Shown one piece after another: positions 55,409-64,000 of a DNA stretch of 64,000 nucleotides (position 1 is the stretch's first letter; the number at the start of each line of letters is the position of its first letter). Both the position numbers and the translations under genes were made by a program. Where the stretch lies: NCBI GenBank assembly GCA_030824575.1, contig JAVBXL010000015.1:4034-68033 (forward strand), given 5' to 3'. This DNA comes from a bacterium (GTDB lineage Bacteria; Pseudomonadota; Alphaproteobacteria; Sphingomonadales; Sphingomonadaceae). The notes beneath the pieces are model-generated. The model ran no database searches, was not told the origin of the DNA, and worked only from the letters and a program-made list of their open reading frames with translations.

Positions 55409-56704
55409 TCAATCCGTGCGAGGACGGGGAAACGCGAACGCCGCTGTCAGGCAGGACACCACGCATAGGCCAGCCATGTACCACCCGAACGCAGTATCAG
55501 ATCCGGTACGTCCGACCAGCCAGGTCGCCGTCAGCGGCGCAGTCGCGCCGATGATCGCAGAACCGATGTTGAAGTTCAGCGCGGATGCTGCACCGCGCAC
55601 CATACGCGGGAAAGACATGATATATGCTGCGTTGAGCGGAGCCGCGACGAGATTGTTGAGGATCGCACACACCAGCAGCCCCAGCAGCGTCAGCGGTACG
55701 GAAACTCCCATGGCGTAAAAGAGCGGCACGGCGGCAAGGGCGTACAGGGCAAAGAAAATGACCAGTGTCCGGCGGCCGCCGAACTTGTCGGCCAGAATGC
55801 CGCCATAGACCGACGTCGGTACGCCGATACCGAACAGCACGATCGATACCATCATCGCCAGCGTTCCGCCGTAACCCAGACGGATCAGCGCCGTGACGAA
55901 ATAGGCCTGGATGCAGAACGTGCCGACCCGCTGCCCGGCGCCCATCGCGATGACCGACGCCACGGTGCCCCAATGGCCACGCAGCGCCACAAACAGAGGC
56001 ACCCGCGCGTGTTTGCGCACGTCCGGCGAGGGGCTGTGGATGATGCCGTCAGAAACCATCTGGCGGCGAAGGTAGAATACGACCAAGCCTAGCGGTGCGG
56101 AGAGCAGGAACGGAACTCGCCACCCACCAGAGGTGAGGAAAGTATCGCCGAACGTCGAGGCCAGAAGCATCGCGATCAGTGAGGCGAGCATCGGCCCGAT
56201 GTTCGCGCCGGCATTGCTCCAGCCAGTCAAATACTGGCTGCGACCGCTGGGGCCTTGCGCGATCGCGTAGCTGGTCGCGACCGTGAATTCGGCGCTTGCC
56301 CCGATCCCCTGGATCGTGCGCAGCAGGACCAGCAGTATAGGCGCCCAGAAGCCGATCGAGGCGTAGGTCGGTAGCAGACCAATACCCACCGTGCCGATCG
56401 TCATGAGGTTGATGGTCAACATCAGGACGAAGCGATGACCGCGAATGTCTGCCAGATGGCCTAGCAGCACGCCCGCGATGGGTCGCACGGCATAGGCGAT
56501 GATGAATGTGGCGTAAGTCGCCAGAAGAGCTGAATTCGCATCGCTGAAATCGAAAAACGCCTTCGACAGGAATACCGCCAGAAGCCCGTAAAGGGTTGCG
56601 TCATAGTATTCGATGACATTGCCGAGGATCGCGACAAACAAGGGCTTGCCATAGCCTGATGGCTTAGTCGCCACGGGGGCGGCGAGGTCGGACGGTTGCT
56701 GCAT
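55409..56704 (-). CDS. MFS transporter, metabolite:H+ symporter (ProP/ShiA-like)
   Basis: GNVIEYYD..LYG, RPIAG..LGHLAD..G, LLPTYASIG.WAP, LRTIQG, GWRVPFL. Confidence 0.92.
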   Translation of the reverse strand: MQQPSDLAAPVATKPSGYGKPLFVAILGNVIEYYDATLYGLLAVFLSKAFFDFSDANSALLATYATFIIAYAVRPIAGVLLGHLADIRGHRFVLMLTINLMTIGTVGIGLLPTYASIGFWAPILLVLLRTIQGIGASAEFTVATSYAIAQGPSGRSQYLTGWSNAGANIGPMLASLIAMLLASTFGDTFLTSGGWRVPFLLSAPLGLVVFYLRRQMVSDGIIHSPSPDVRKHARVPLFVALRGHWGTVASVIAMGAGQRVGTFCIQAYFVTALIRLGYGGTLAMMVSIVLFGIGVPTSVYGGILADKFGGRRTLVIFFALYALAAVPLFYAMGVSVPLTLLGLLVCAILNNLVAAPLNAAYIMSFPRMVRGAASALNFNIGSAIIGATAPLTATWLVGRTGSDTAFGWYMAGLCVVSCLTAAFAFPRPRTD

Positions 56705-56859
56705 CAGCGAAAAATCCCTAGAAGCCGGTCATCTCAAGGTTCACGAAAATCACTCGATAGGACTTCGCATCGAAGCCTCTCAGATGTGCAGGATCGCCAT
56801 TGCGCTCGAAAGAGCAACGACGACCCTGCATCAGAAGCGAACCTTCGCAGAATTCGTTA

Positions 56860-59259
56860 TTAGAATTGCGTCGAGATCGTCCCCATGACCGAGCGCGGCG
56901 AACCCAGCCAGTAGCTCGGCGCGCGGCCGGCAATGGTGGTTCCGTTGATGCCCGTGCGCGTGGTTGCCGTCGGCGTGACCGACGAGAACGTGCTCAGGTA
57001 CGGCTTGTTGCCAACGTTGGTGACGGCAAGGCGGAAGATGGTGTTCTGGCCCACGATACCTTCCGGCAAACGATAGCCGAAACCAAGATCGACGGTTTCG
57101 TATCCCTGCAGCTTCTGGTCGTTCATGAACGTGGAATACTGCGAGCCGGTATGGCGGAAGAGCACGTTCGCGAAGAACGGACCCTGGTCATAGTTGAGGC
57201 CCACGGTAGCGGTGAACTTGGGTGCGTTGACACCGTCCAGACCCTTCGTTGGCAGGAAGTCGCTGCCAACCTGAAGGTTGCTGGTCGTCTCGGTGTCGAG
57301 GTACTGGGCGTTCACGTACGGGCTGAATCCGTGGATCGGCTTCAGCGTGAGTTCCGCCGTTGCACCTCGCATCTGGAGGCCGCCAGCATTGATGGCGGTG
57401 TTGACACCGGCGCCGTTCAGGAATGCAAGAGACACGACGGTGTGGTTCTTGAGCTTCTTGTTGAACAAGGCGATATCGGCCGTGATCAGACCATCGTGAT
57501 AGCGATAGCCGATTTCCTCGCCAAGGGAGTATTCCGGCTTGAGCGTCGAAAGGCCGATCTGGGACAGAGTGCCGTTCGAGATGCTGTAGGTGTCCGGATA
57601 GGTCGTGATCGGCACCGGCACGCGGATCTCGCTCACGATGTTGCCGTAGACCTGCATGTTATCGTTGATGTCGAACGAAATCGTACCGCGCGGCAGGAAC
57701 CGCCGGTAACGGTCGCCCATGTCGGTCTGCGCGCCCGGAACGTAGTTGGTCCCCTTGAGACGGCCCATGTAATATTTCGCACCGACTTCCACGATGAGGC
57801 TGCCATCGAGGAACGTCTGCTTGTCCTGGATGGACAGGACGTTGATGTTCGACTTGAAGCTGAAATCCGAACCACGGACCTTCTGGCCGTTGGTCGCAAC
57901 CAGAGCATTGCCACCCCAGTCGGCCGCATCGCCGTTTACCGCGATCGGGGTGAAGCTGTTCAGCTGGTCCATCTTCCACTGGTCGTGCCACCAGCCCACT
58001 TGCAGCTCGTTGCTGTCGGAAAGCTCATAGGTGGCATACGAGTTGAAGCCGTAGGCGTGCTGCTTCTGCAGCAGGTTCGACTTCACCGGGATATTCCCGT
58101 TGGGCAGAAGGAACAGGCCGGTGGTGCTGACCGTCTGGCGCTGATTGCCCGAGAAGACGTTGTTCGGGTTGATGCTCGAAGGGCCCTGGCTGTTGGAATG
58201 AATCCGACGATAATAGGGAATGAAGCTCACTTTCAGGCCATCGGCCGGGGTGAACTCATTGTTCGAGACGATGCGCAGATCTTTGCGGTCGTAGAAGGCG
58301 TGCCCGTACCAGCTATTGCTGTTGCTCAGCGGGTTGAAGATCGGGGCATAGTTGCCGACCGAGTAGTCGCCCGACTGCTTGTTCGCCCGGAACTGGGCGA
58401 GCGTGAAGGGCTGCGAGCGCAGGCTATCCCAGTTGTTGAACGACACCCAAAGGCTGCTCTTGGCATCGCCGCCCCAGTCCTTGACCACCTTGAAATCGGT
58501 GTGGAGCCGGGTTCCGTGCGCGTCCTTGGGCAGCGCGAAGGCGCCGGCGCGGGTGTAGGAAATGGTGCCGAAAGCCTTGAGGCCGGTCTGACCGATCTCG
58601 CCGGTGTCGATACCGCCGAAGATCCGGTGCGAATTGAAGGTACCATAGCTGTACGAAGCACGGCCACCAACCTCATCGGAGGGATCGCGGATGGTCATGC
58701 TGAACTCGCCGGCGACCGCAGTCTGGACAGGGTCCACGATGCGGGTCGAACCGGGCAGGATCGTCACACCTGCGATGTTCTCGTTGTCGGCCCAGGTTTC
58801 CGAATAGGGCAAGTTGTACGCCTGATCGAGCATGGGCGCACCGTCGGCAACCCAACCGATTTCGTTCATTGGCAGGCCGCGGATATAGAGCCCGTAACGC
58901 GGCGTCATCTGATAGGGGTCGGACTGGCCGGTGTTGACGCCCGGCATAGTCGCCACCAGCTGATAGGGACCAGACAGCGTCATCTTCTGCGCGATCGCTT
59001 CCGCGCTGATGCTGTTGGTCGTTTCGGGCTGGCGCTGGATGATCATCAGACCGCCCGCGAGCTTGCGGTTGCGACCAGTCACGACGATCTCTTTAAGGAT
59101 GTCCTCGGACGAGACGGCCTGCGAGCGGCTGTTGGTTTCGGCGTTCTGTGCCGGCTGACCGGCGTCTTGGGCACTCTGAGCATAAGCTGGCTGCAGGCTA
59201 AGCGCGCTGGCCGCAGCAAGCGCGGAACCAGCCAACAGGCACGTACGAATCGTCCTCAT
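56860..59259 (-). CDS. TonB-dependent receptor
   Basis: Signal peptide ending AYA-Q, EIVVTG, PGVN...D.Y, IRGL, DGAP, LKPE, C-terminal TQF. Confidence 0.9.
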   Translation of the reverse strand: MRTIRTCLLAGSALAAASALSLQPAYAQSAQDAGQPAQNAETNSRSQAVSSEDILKEIVVTGRNRKLAGGLMIIQRQPETTNSISAEAIAQKMTLSGPYQLVATMPGVNTGQSDPYQMTPRYGLYIRGLPMNEIGWVADGAPMLDQAYNLPYSETWADNENIAGVTILPGSTRIVDPVQTAVAGEFSMTIRDPSDEVGGRASYSYGTFNSHRIFGGIDTGEIGQTGLKAFGTISYTRAGAFALPKDAHGTRLHTDFKVVKDWGGDAKSSLWVSFNNWDSLRSQPFTLAQFRANKQSGDYSVGNYAPIFNPLSNSNSWYGHAFYDRKDLRIVSNNEFTPADGLKVSFIPYYRRIHSNSQGPSSINPNNVFSGNQRQTVSTTGLFLLPNGNIPVKSNLLQKQHAYGFNSYATYELSDSNELQVGWWHDQWKMDQLNSFTPIAVNGDAADWGGNALVATNGQKVRGSDFSFKSNINVLSIQDKQTFLDGSLIVEVGAKYYMGRLKGTNYVPGAQTDMGDRYRRFLPRGTISFDINDNMQVYGNIVSEIRVPVPITTYPDTYSISNGTLSQIGLSTLKPEYSLGEEIGYRYHDGLITADIALFNKKLKNHTVVSLAFLNGAGVNTAINAGGLQMRGATAELTLKPIHGFSPYVNAQYLDTETTSNLQVGSDFLPTKGLDGVNAPKFTATVGLNYDQGPFFANVLFRHTGSQYSTFMNDQKLQGYETVDLGFGYRLPEGIVGQNTIFRLAVTNVGNKPYLSTFSSVTPTATTRTGINGTTIAGRAPSYWLGSPRSVMGTISTQF

Positions 59260-59340
59260 CGAATCCCCCTCATAAATGCGACCGCTGCGCTTTCGGCTTG
59301 GCCGGATCGCGGTTCAGCACCTGATTCGCGCTATCATTCT

Positions 59341-59408
59341 TGGTTGCTACCATAAAACGAGAGCGCCTATACCAGCGCAGTGGCATATGGATGACATGGT
59401 ATAGTCCA
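59341..59408. promoter_or_regulatory. GntR/FadR-type operator candidates upstream of the TonB receptor
   Basis: TGGT-tgct-ACCA (59341-59352) and TGGT-atag-TCCA (59397-59408). Confidence 0.5.
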
Positions 59409-59842
59409 AATGCAAGAGAATTTTTTGATTGGGCTTCATTTGGTGCCCCCACTTCTCTGCGTGGATTACTGTTAACACCGAAACGCAGTGCGTTCGCTAG
59501 CCCGCCTGAATGGATTACCAGGTGGCGTGGGGCCAAACCGATGTCCGCTAAAGTATCGTCGGTAGCGTACAGCTGAATTGCGCGGCACTGCCCCGTGGCA
59601 AACGAACCATCCACCTAAATTTGGCCCATATAAGATGGGTTAAACGGCTTGTCGGGCCTGTTTGATCGCCTAAAAACCTCAGTTTCTCAGCATCCCGGAA
59701 AAGATCGGCTTATCCGTGCTTCCGGTGGTTGCGCGTGAATATGGGCCAGCCCAGCCATCTCGAAGCGCATTTTAGACGCCAGCGCTTTTTGGCTGGGCAC
59801 TGATTGGCAAATGACCCCGTCATTAAAATGCTATTTGGTCGA

Positions 59843-59870
59843 TTGACTGCCGGCGTATCGGTATATACCA
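59843..59870 (+). promoter_or_regulatory. Putative promoter of hydantoinase A with a GntR-type operator over the -10
   Basis: TTGACT at 59843 and palindrome CGGTATATACCA at 59859-59870. Confidence 0.6.
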
Positions 59871-59955
59871 ATTCAACCAAGCGAGAGCGGGGAGCGAGTC
59901 AAGCATCTAAGTTGGTTCCTCTACTGCCCCGCTTCTTAATCATGGAGGACTTTTT

Positions 59956-62022
59956 GTGAGCTGGATCATCGGCGTCGACGTCGGCGGCACCTTCACCGAC
60001 TTCTTCGCTTTCAACGAAGACGAAGGCAGCACGCGCAAGTGGAAGCGTCCCTCGACGCCATCCAACCCGGCTGAAGCAATTATCGCAGGTCTCAAAGAGC
60101 TCTGCGAAGCCCACAATATTCCTCTGTCGGATGTGACCAGGCTTTGCCACGGCAGCACCGTCGCAACGAACGCCCTCATCCAGCGGCGCGGCGCGGAATG
60201 CGCGCTCATCACGACCAAGGGCATGCGTGATGTCATCGAGATCGGTCGCCAGACCCGTCCGGTAGTCGACAGCCACGAGATAGATTCGCCGCCGCCCCTC
60301 ATCCCTCGCCATCGCCGTTACGAACTGGCCGAGCGCGTGCTGTACTCCGGCGAGGTTCTGTCGCCGGTGCCCGAAGACGAACTCGCGGCACTGATCGAGA
60401 CGATCCGCGCCGAAGGGCTCCAGGCCGTCGCCGTCTGCTTCCTGTTCTCCTACGTCAACCCTGACCACGAAGCTCAGGTCGGTGCGGCCCTGCGCGCTGC
60501 GCTTCCTGGGGTTTCGGTATCGCTTTCCAGCGAAGTGCAGCCCGAATTCCGCGAGTTCGAGCGCTTCACCACCACAGTGGTGAACGCCTACCTGCAGCCG
60601 CGCCTTGAGCATTACATCGAAACGCTCATCAGCGATCTTTCCACGACCATTCCGGGCGCGCAGGTTGGCATCAACCAGTCCAGCGGCGGCCTCATGTCGC
60701 TGGACATGGCCCGCGCATTCCCGGTCCGCATGGCGCTTTCCGGTCCTGCCGCAGGCGTCGTGGGCGCGATCGAGGTCGCCAAGTCGGCCAACGCACCCCA
60801 GGTCATCACCATCGACATCGGCGGGACCAGCGCGGACGTCGCGCTCATCCGCGACTACCGCGTCGAACTCTCGGCAGGTCGCGACGTTGACGGCTTCCCT
60901 GTACAGCTGCCGATGGTCGATGTGACGACGGTTGGCGCGGGCGGTGGTTCGATTGCCTGGTTCGCTGCCGACGGCCTGTTCAAGGTCGGCCCCCAGAGCG
61001 CCGGCGCGGTCCCCGGGCCTGCATGTTACCAGCGCGGCGGCAAGTTGCCGACAGTCTCTGACGCCAACGTGTTGCTTGGACGCCTTTCGACCAAGCTGCT
61101 CGATGGCGGCATGACGCTCGACCTGGAGCTTGCCAAGAAGGCGATCGCCACCGTGGCCGAGCCGATGAACAAGTCGCTGGAGGAAACGGCCCTCGGCATC
61201 CTGCAGATAATGACGGTCAACATGGTGCGGGCAATCCGCAGTCTGTCAGTCGAACGCGGCCACGATCCGCGCAAGTTCGCGCTGATGCCGTTCGGCGGTG
61301 CCGGCGGTCTGCACGCACGCGAAGTCGCTGCAGCGCTGGGGATGGCAACTGTCCTCGTGCCTCCCTCACCGGGTATCCTGTGCGCGCAGGGCCTCACTGA
61401 CGCAGATCTCCAGGAGAGCTTCGTCATCAGCCGCCTCATGCCGCTCTCCCCCGACAACCGGACGGCTATCGAAGCCGTCATCGAGGAACTGACTAAAAAG
61501 TCCAAAGTCTGGTTCGAGCAGGAGAAGGCCGCGAGCGAGCGCCAGTCGATCACCTATTCGATCGATCTGCGCTTCCGGGGCCAGAATTTCGAGCTGCTGG
61601 TCGAGGTCGGTACGGCCGGTGCCGATGGCAACCCGGTCCTGGCGTCGAGCAATGTTATCCTCGAACGTTTCTTCGAAGCACACGAGCGCGCCTACGGGTT
61701 CGCCGACAAGAGTGCGCCCGTCGAAGCGGTGAACTTCCTCGCGATGGCGAAGGCTTCGCTGGGCGTTCAGCGGCCTGGTGCTTCGGAACTGGTTGCTAGT
61801 GGCGCACCGACCCCGGTCGACCATCGCGACGTGACGTTCTCCACGTCCGGCCCAGAACGCACACCGATCTATCATCGCAATCATCTCGTGCCCGGAACCG
61901 TTTTCCATGGGCCTGCGATCGTTGATCAAATGGATTCGACGACGATCGTCTTCCCCGGTGACGAGGTGAGCATCGACGGATTCGGTAACTTGATCATCAC
62001 GCTGGGGCAGAGCAATGACTGA
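59956..62022 (+). CDS. Hydantoinase/oxoprolinase family, subunit A (ATP-binding; N-methylhydantoinase A-like)
   Basis: GTG start after GGAGG. GVDVGGTFTD, HGSTVATNA, EFREFER..TT.VNAY, SGPAAGV, DIGGTSAD, GAGGGSIA, VGPQSAGA.PGPACY. Confidence 0.93.
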   Translation: MSWIIGVDVGGTFTDFFAFNEDEGSTRKWKRPSTPSNPAEAIIAGLKELCEAHNIPLSDVTRLCHGSTVATNALIQRRGAECALITTKGMRDVIEIGRQTRPVVDSHEIDSPPPLIPRHRRYELAERVLYSGEVLSPVPEDELAALIETIRAEGLQAVAVCFLFSYVNPDHEAQVGAALRAALPGVSVSLSSEVQPEFREFERFTTTVVNAYLQPRLEHYIETLISDLSTTIPGAQVGINQSSGGLMSLDMARAFPVRMALSGPAAGVVGAIEVAKSANAPQVITIDIGGTSADVALIRDYRVELSAGRDVDGFPVQLPMVDVTTVGAGGGSIAWFAADGLFKVGPQSAGAVPGPACYQRGGKLPTVSDANVLLGRLSTKLLDGGMTLDLELAKKAIATVAEPMNKSLEETALGILQIMTVNMVRAIRSLSVERGHDPRKFALMPFGGAGGLHAREVAAALGMATVLVPPSPGILCAQGLTDADLQESFVISRLMPLSPDNRTAIEAVIEELTKKSKVWFEQEKAASERQSITYSIDLRFRGQNFELLVEVGTAGADGNPVLASSNVILERFFEAHERAYGFADKSAPVEAVNFLAMAKASLGVQRPGASELVASGAPTPVDHRDVTFSTSGPERTPIYHRNHLVPGTVFHGPAIVDQMDSTTIVFPGDEVSIDGFGNLIITLGQSND

Positions 62023-63685
62023 ATTAACGCATGATCCCATCACGCTGGAAATCCTCTCCAACGCCTTGCGCTCCGTCGCGGACGAGACCTTCGTCGCGCT
62101 TCGCAAAAGCGCTTTCTCAAACAACATCAAGGAGCGCGCCGATCACTCGACCGCGCTGTTCGATGCCAAGGGCCGGCTGATCGTTCAGTCCCAGCAGTCG
62201 CTGCCGATCCATGTCGGCGGCATTGCCGGCACGATCCGCGTCCTTCTTGAAAAGTATGGCGACGACATCCACGAAGGCGACGTGTTCGTCGGCAATGACC
62301 CTTATGTGGCTGCCGGCACCCATCTGCCGGATATTTGCATCAGCACGCCGGTATTTCATGAAGGCAAGCTGTTCGGATTCAGCGCCTGCACGGCGCACCA
62401 TGCCGACATCGGCGGTGCGAGCGTCGGCGGTTCGGCAGGCGGCTTAACAGAAATCTATCAGGAAGGTCTGCGCATTCCGCTGATCCGCCTGTTTCGCCGT
62501 GGCGAGTTGGTTTCGGACATCTTCGAAATTCTTCTGCTGAACGTGCGCGGGGCCGACGAGCGCAAGGGAGACTACAACGCCCAAGTCGCTGCAGCCAAGC
62601 TTGGCGCGGTTCGGATGATCGACATCTGCAATCGATTCGGGCGCGACTTCACCGAATCCGCGCTCGATGAGCTGCTGAGCCGCACTCGCCTGCGCATGCA
62701 GAAGGCGCTCACCGCGATCCCTGAAGGCGACTATTATTTCGAAGACGTCATAGATGATGATGGCATGGGTACCAAGGACCTGCCGATCAAGGTTTGCATC
62801 AGCCAGCGCTGCGGCCAGCTGACCGTCGATTTTGAGGGCACGTCGGTTCAGGCGCTCGGAAACATGAACTCGCCGTTCAACGATACGATCGCGACTGTCC
62901 TGTTCGTGTTCCGATCGATCCTCGATCCCGAAATTTCGGTGAACTATGGCTTGTTCGACGCCATCAATGTGGTCGCGCCCCTTGGCAGTCTTCTCAATCC
63001 GACCTTCCCGGCGGGTGTCACCAACCGCTCGCTGACCGATCAGCGCGTCTGTGACGTTCTGCTCGGCGCTCTTGCACAGGCATTGCCGGGACAGATGCCC
63101 GCAGCGTCGAACGGATCGAATACCGGCGTCTACGTCTACGGGACCGACCCGCGTACCGGTAAGTCCTATTACTTCTTCGAGACGATGGGCGGTGGTCTGG
63201 GCGGACGAACCACAAAGGACGGCAAGGATGCGGTCCAGTTTGGCGTAACCAACACGGCTAACTCGCCCATCGAAGCCATCGAGCGGGATTTCCCGCTGCT
63301 CGTCGAAGAGTATGCCATCGCGGACGACACCGGCGGCGCCGGACAGTTCCGTGGCGGTTGTGGCATCCGGCGTGTTCTCAAGCCGCTCGCCGAATGCACG
63401 TTCGGTGGCATCGGGGAACGCTTCGAGCATCACCCTTGGGGTCTGGATGGCGGCACCGAAGGCGCGACCGGCTTCTTCGCACTCAAGGAAGCCGATGGCA
63501 CCGTGCAGCGGCTACCGAACAAGGTGCCAAAGATCACGGTAAAGCCGGGTCAGCAGATCGTCATGCAGACGCCTGGCGGCGGCGGTCTGGGTTCCCCTTC
63601 CGCGCGGACCAGTGACGCGCTCACGGAAGATCGTCAGAGCGGCAAATTCTCCGACGCCTATCTCAAGGCCCACTACAAGAATTAA
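62015..63685 (+). CDS. Hydantoinase B/oxoprolinase family protein
   Basis: DPITLEI, SAFSNNIKERADHS, NDPY..GTHLPD, HHADIGG, EIYQEG, GGAGQFRGG, TPGGGG. Overlaps subunit A. Confidence 0.93.
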   Translation: MTELTHDPITLEILSNALRSVADETFVALRKSAFSNNIKERADHSTALFDAKGRLIVQSQQSLPIHVGGIAGTIRVLLEKYGDDIHEGDVFVGNDPYVAAGTHLPDICISTPVFHEGKLFGFSACTAHHADIGGASVGGSAGGLTEIYQEGLRIPLIRLFRRGELVSDIFEILLLNVRGADERKGDYNAQVAAAKLGAVRMIDICNRFGRDFTESALDELLSRTRLRMQKALTAIPEGDYYFEDVIDDDGMGTKDLPIKVCISQRCGQLTVDFEGTSVQALGNMNSPFNDTIATVLFVFRSILDPEISVNYGLFDAINVVAPLGSLLNPTFPAGVTNRSLTDQRVCDVLLGALAQALPGQMPAASNGSNTGVYVYGTDPRTGKSYYFFETMGGGLGGRTTKDGKDAVQFGVTNTANSPIEAIERDFPLLVEEYAIADDTGGAGQFRGGCGIRRVLKPLAECTFGGIGERFEHHPWGLDGGTEGATGFFALKEADGTVQRLPNKVPKITVKPGQQIVMQTPGGGGLGSPSARTSDALTEDRQSGKFSDAYLKAHYKN

Positions 63686-63713
63686 CGAACTGATCGGACT
63701 GCACGCCGATCAG

Positions 63714-63752
63714 GGCGGTGGCTGGTCCTCCCCAGCCACCGCCTATTTTTTT
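63714..63752 (+). terminator. Intrinsic terminator after hydantoinase B
   Basis: GGCGGTGGCTGG / CCAGCCACCGCC 12-bp stem followed by TATTTTTTT. Confidence 0.88.
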
Positions 63753-63882
63753 GATGATTTCACGTCGGTCAATGATGCCATTGAGGCCTCCAACTTTGGA
63801 GGTCTTGGCCACGTGCTGAAGGAGAAGACCGCGCTGGGGCATACGGTGGTCTATTCCCGAGAGCGCCCACCAACACGATTAA

Positions 63883-63894
63883 TGGTGTATACCA
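63883..63894. promoter_or_regulatory. GntR-type operator candidate for a gene beyond the window
   Basis: TGGTGTATACCA, near-identical to the site at 59859. Confidence 0.55.
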
Positions 63895-64000
63895 AGGCGT
63901 GCGTTAGGCTGCGAATTAATTCGCTTTGCAGGAAGCAATTCCTCGCCCTTCGCACCACATTGCGGTTCCAGCGGCAAAGATTCAGGCTGAAGGCTTGGAC

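Larger units (their letters stand above)
46708..64000. mobile_element. tRNA-Thr-integrated genomic island / decayed integrative element (right end not seen in the window)
   Basis: P4-type integrase directly after the tRNA 3' end, arm-type repeats, parB fragment, truncated genes and accessory cargo. No second copy of the tRNA 3' end was noticed. Confidence 0.75.

Noticed and set aside
56800-59355. 851-aa plus-strand ORF
   Set aside because: Antisense of the TonB receptor, which has the signal peptide and terminal Phe.
59270-59614. 114-aa ORF in the divergent intergenic region
   Set aside because: No RBS or motifs, atypical composition, and it overlaps candidate operators. A decayed gene cannot be excluded.

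Overview
GC-rich alphaproteobacterial chromosome segment. Gene content, REP families and promoter style point to Sphingomonadaceae, probably Sphingobium (inference). Positions 1-46.6 kb are mostly core genome: a partial LiuR-like MerR regulator, a DUF2946/TonB-receptor/PepSY operon, tRNA-Gln, rpoB-rpoC, a cell-wall hydrolase, cysK, an MFS transporter, a YjgR-like ATPase, hflK-hflC-degP, mrp/apbC, an orphan molybdopterin subunit coupled to hemH, phbB, a Fur-box-marked iron cluster (Fiu/PiuA-like receptor, tonB, piuC, convergent with a PepSY-TM/DUF2271/DUF4198/apbE flavinylation operon), mlaA, the large NAD-glutamate dehydrogenase and a PAS-like protein. From tRNA-Thr(CGT) at 46632 to the window end is an integrated element. 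It has an intact P4-type integrase, a long stem-loop resembling a single-strand promoter, a parB fragment joined to a truncated convergent DUF2339 gene (deletion scar), and a TetR gene. Next is a TonB receptor + PI-PLC pair flanked by two ungapped 58-bp degenerate direct repeats, a gene remnant, and an MFS/TonB receptor/hydantoinase A+B module with GntR-type operators. No attR and no CRISPR array were seen. All family calls come from motif recognition by eye, not database searches.
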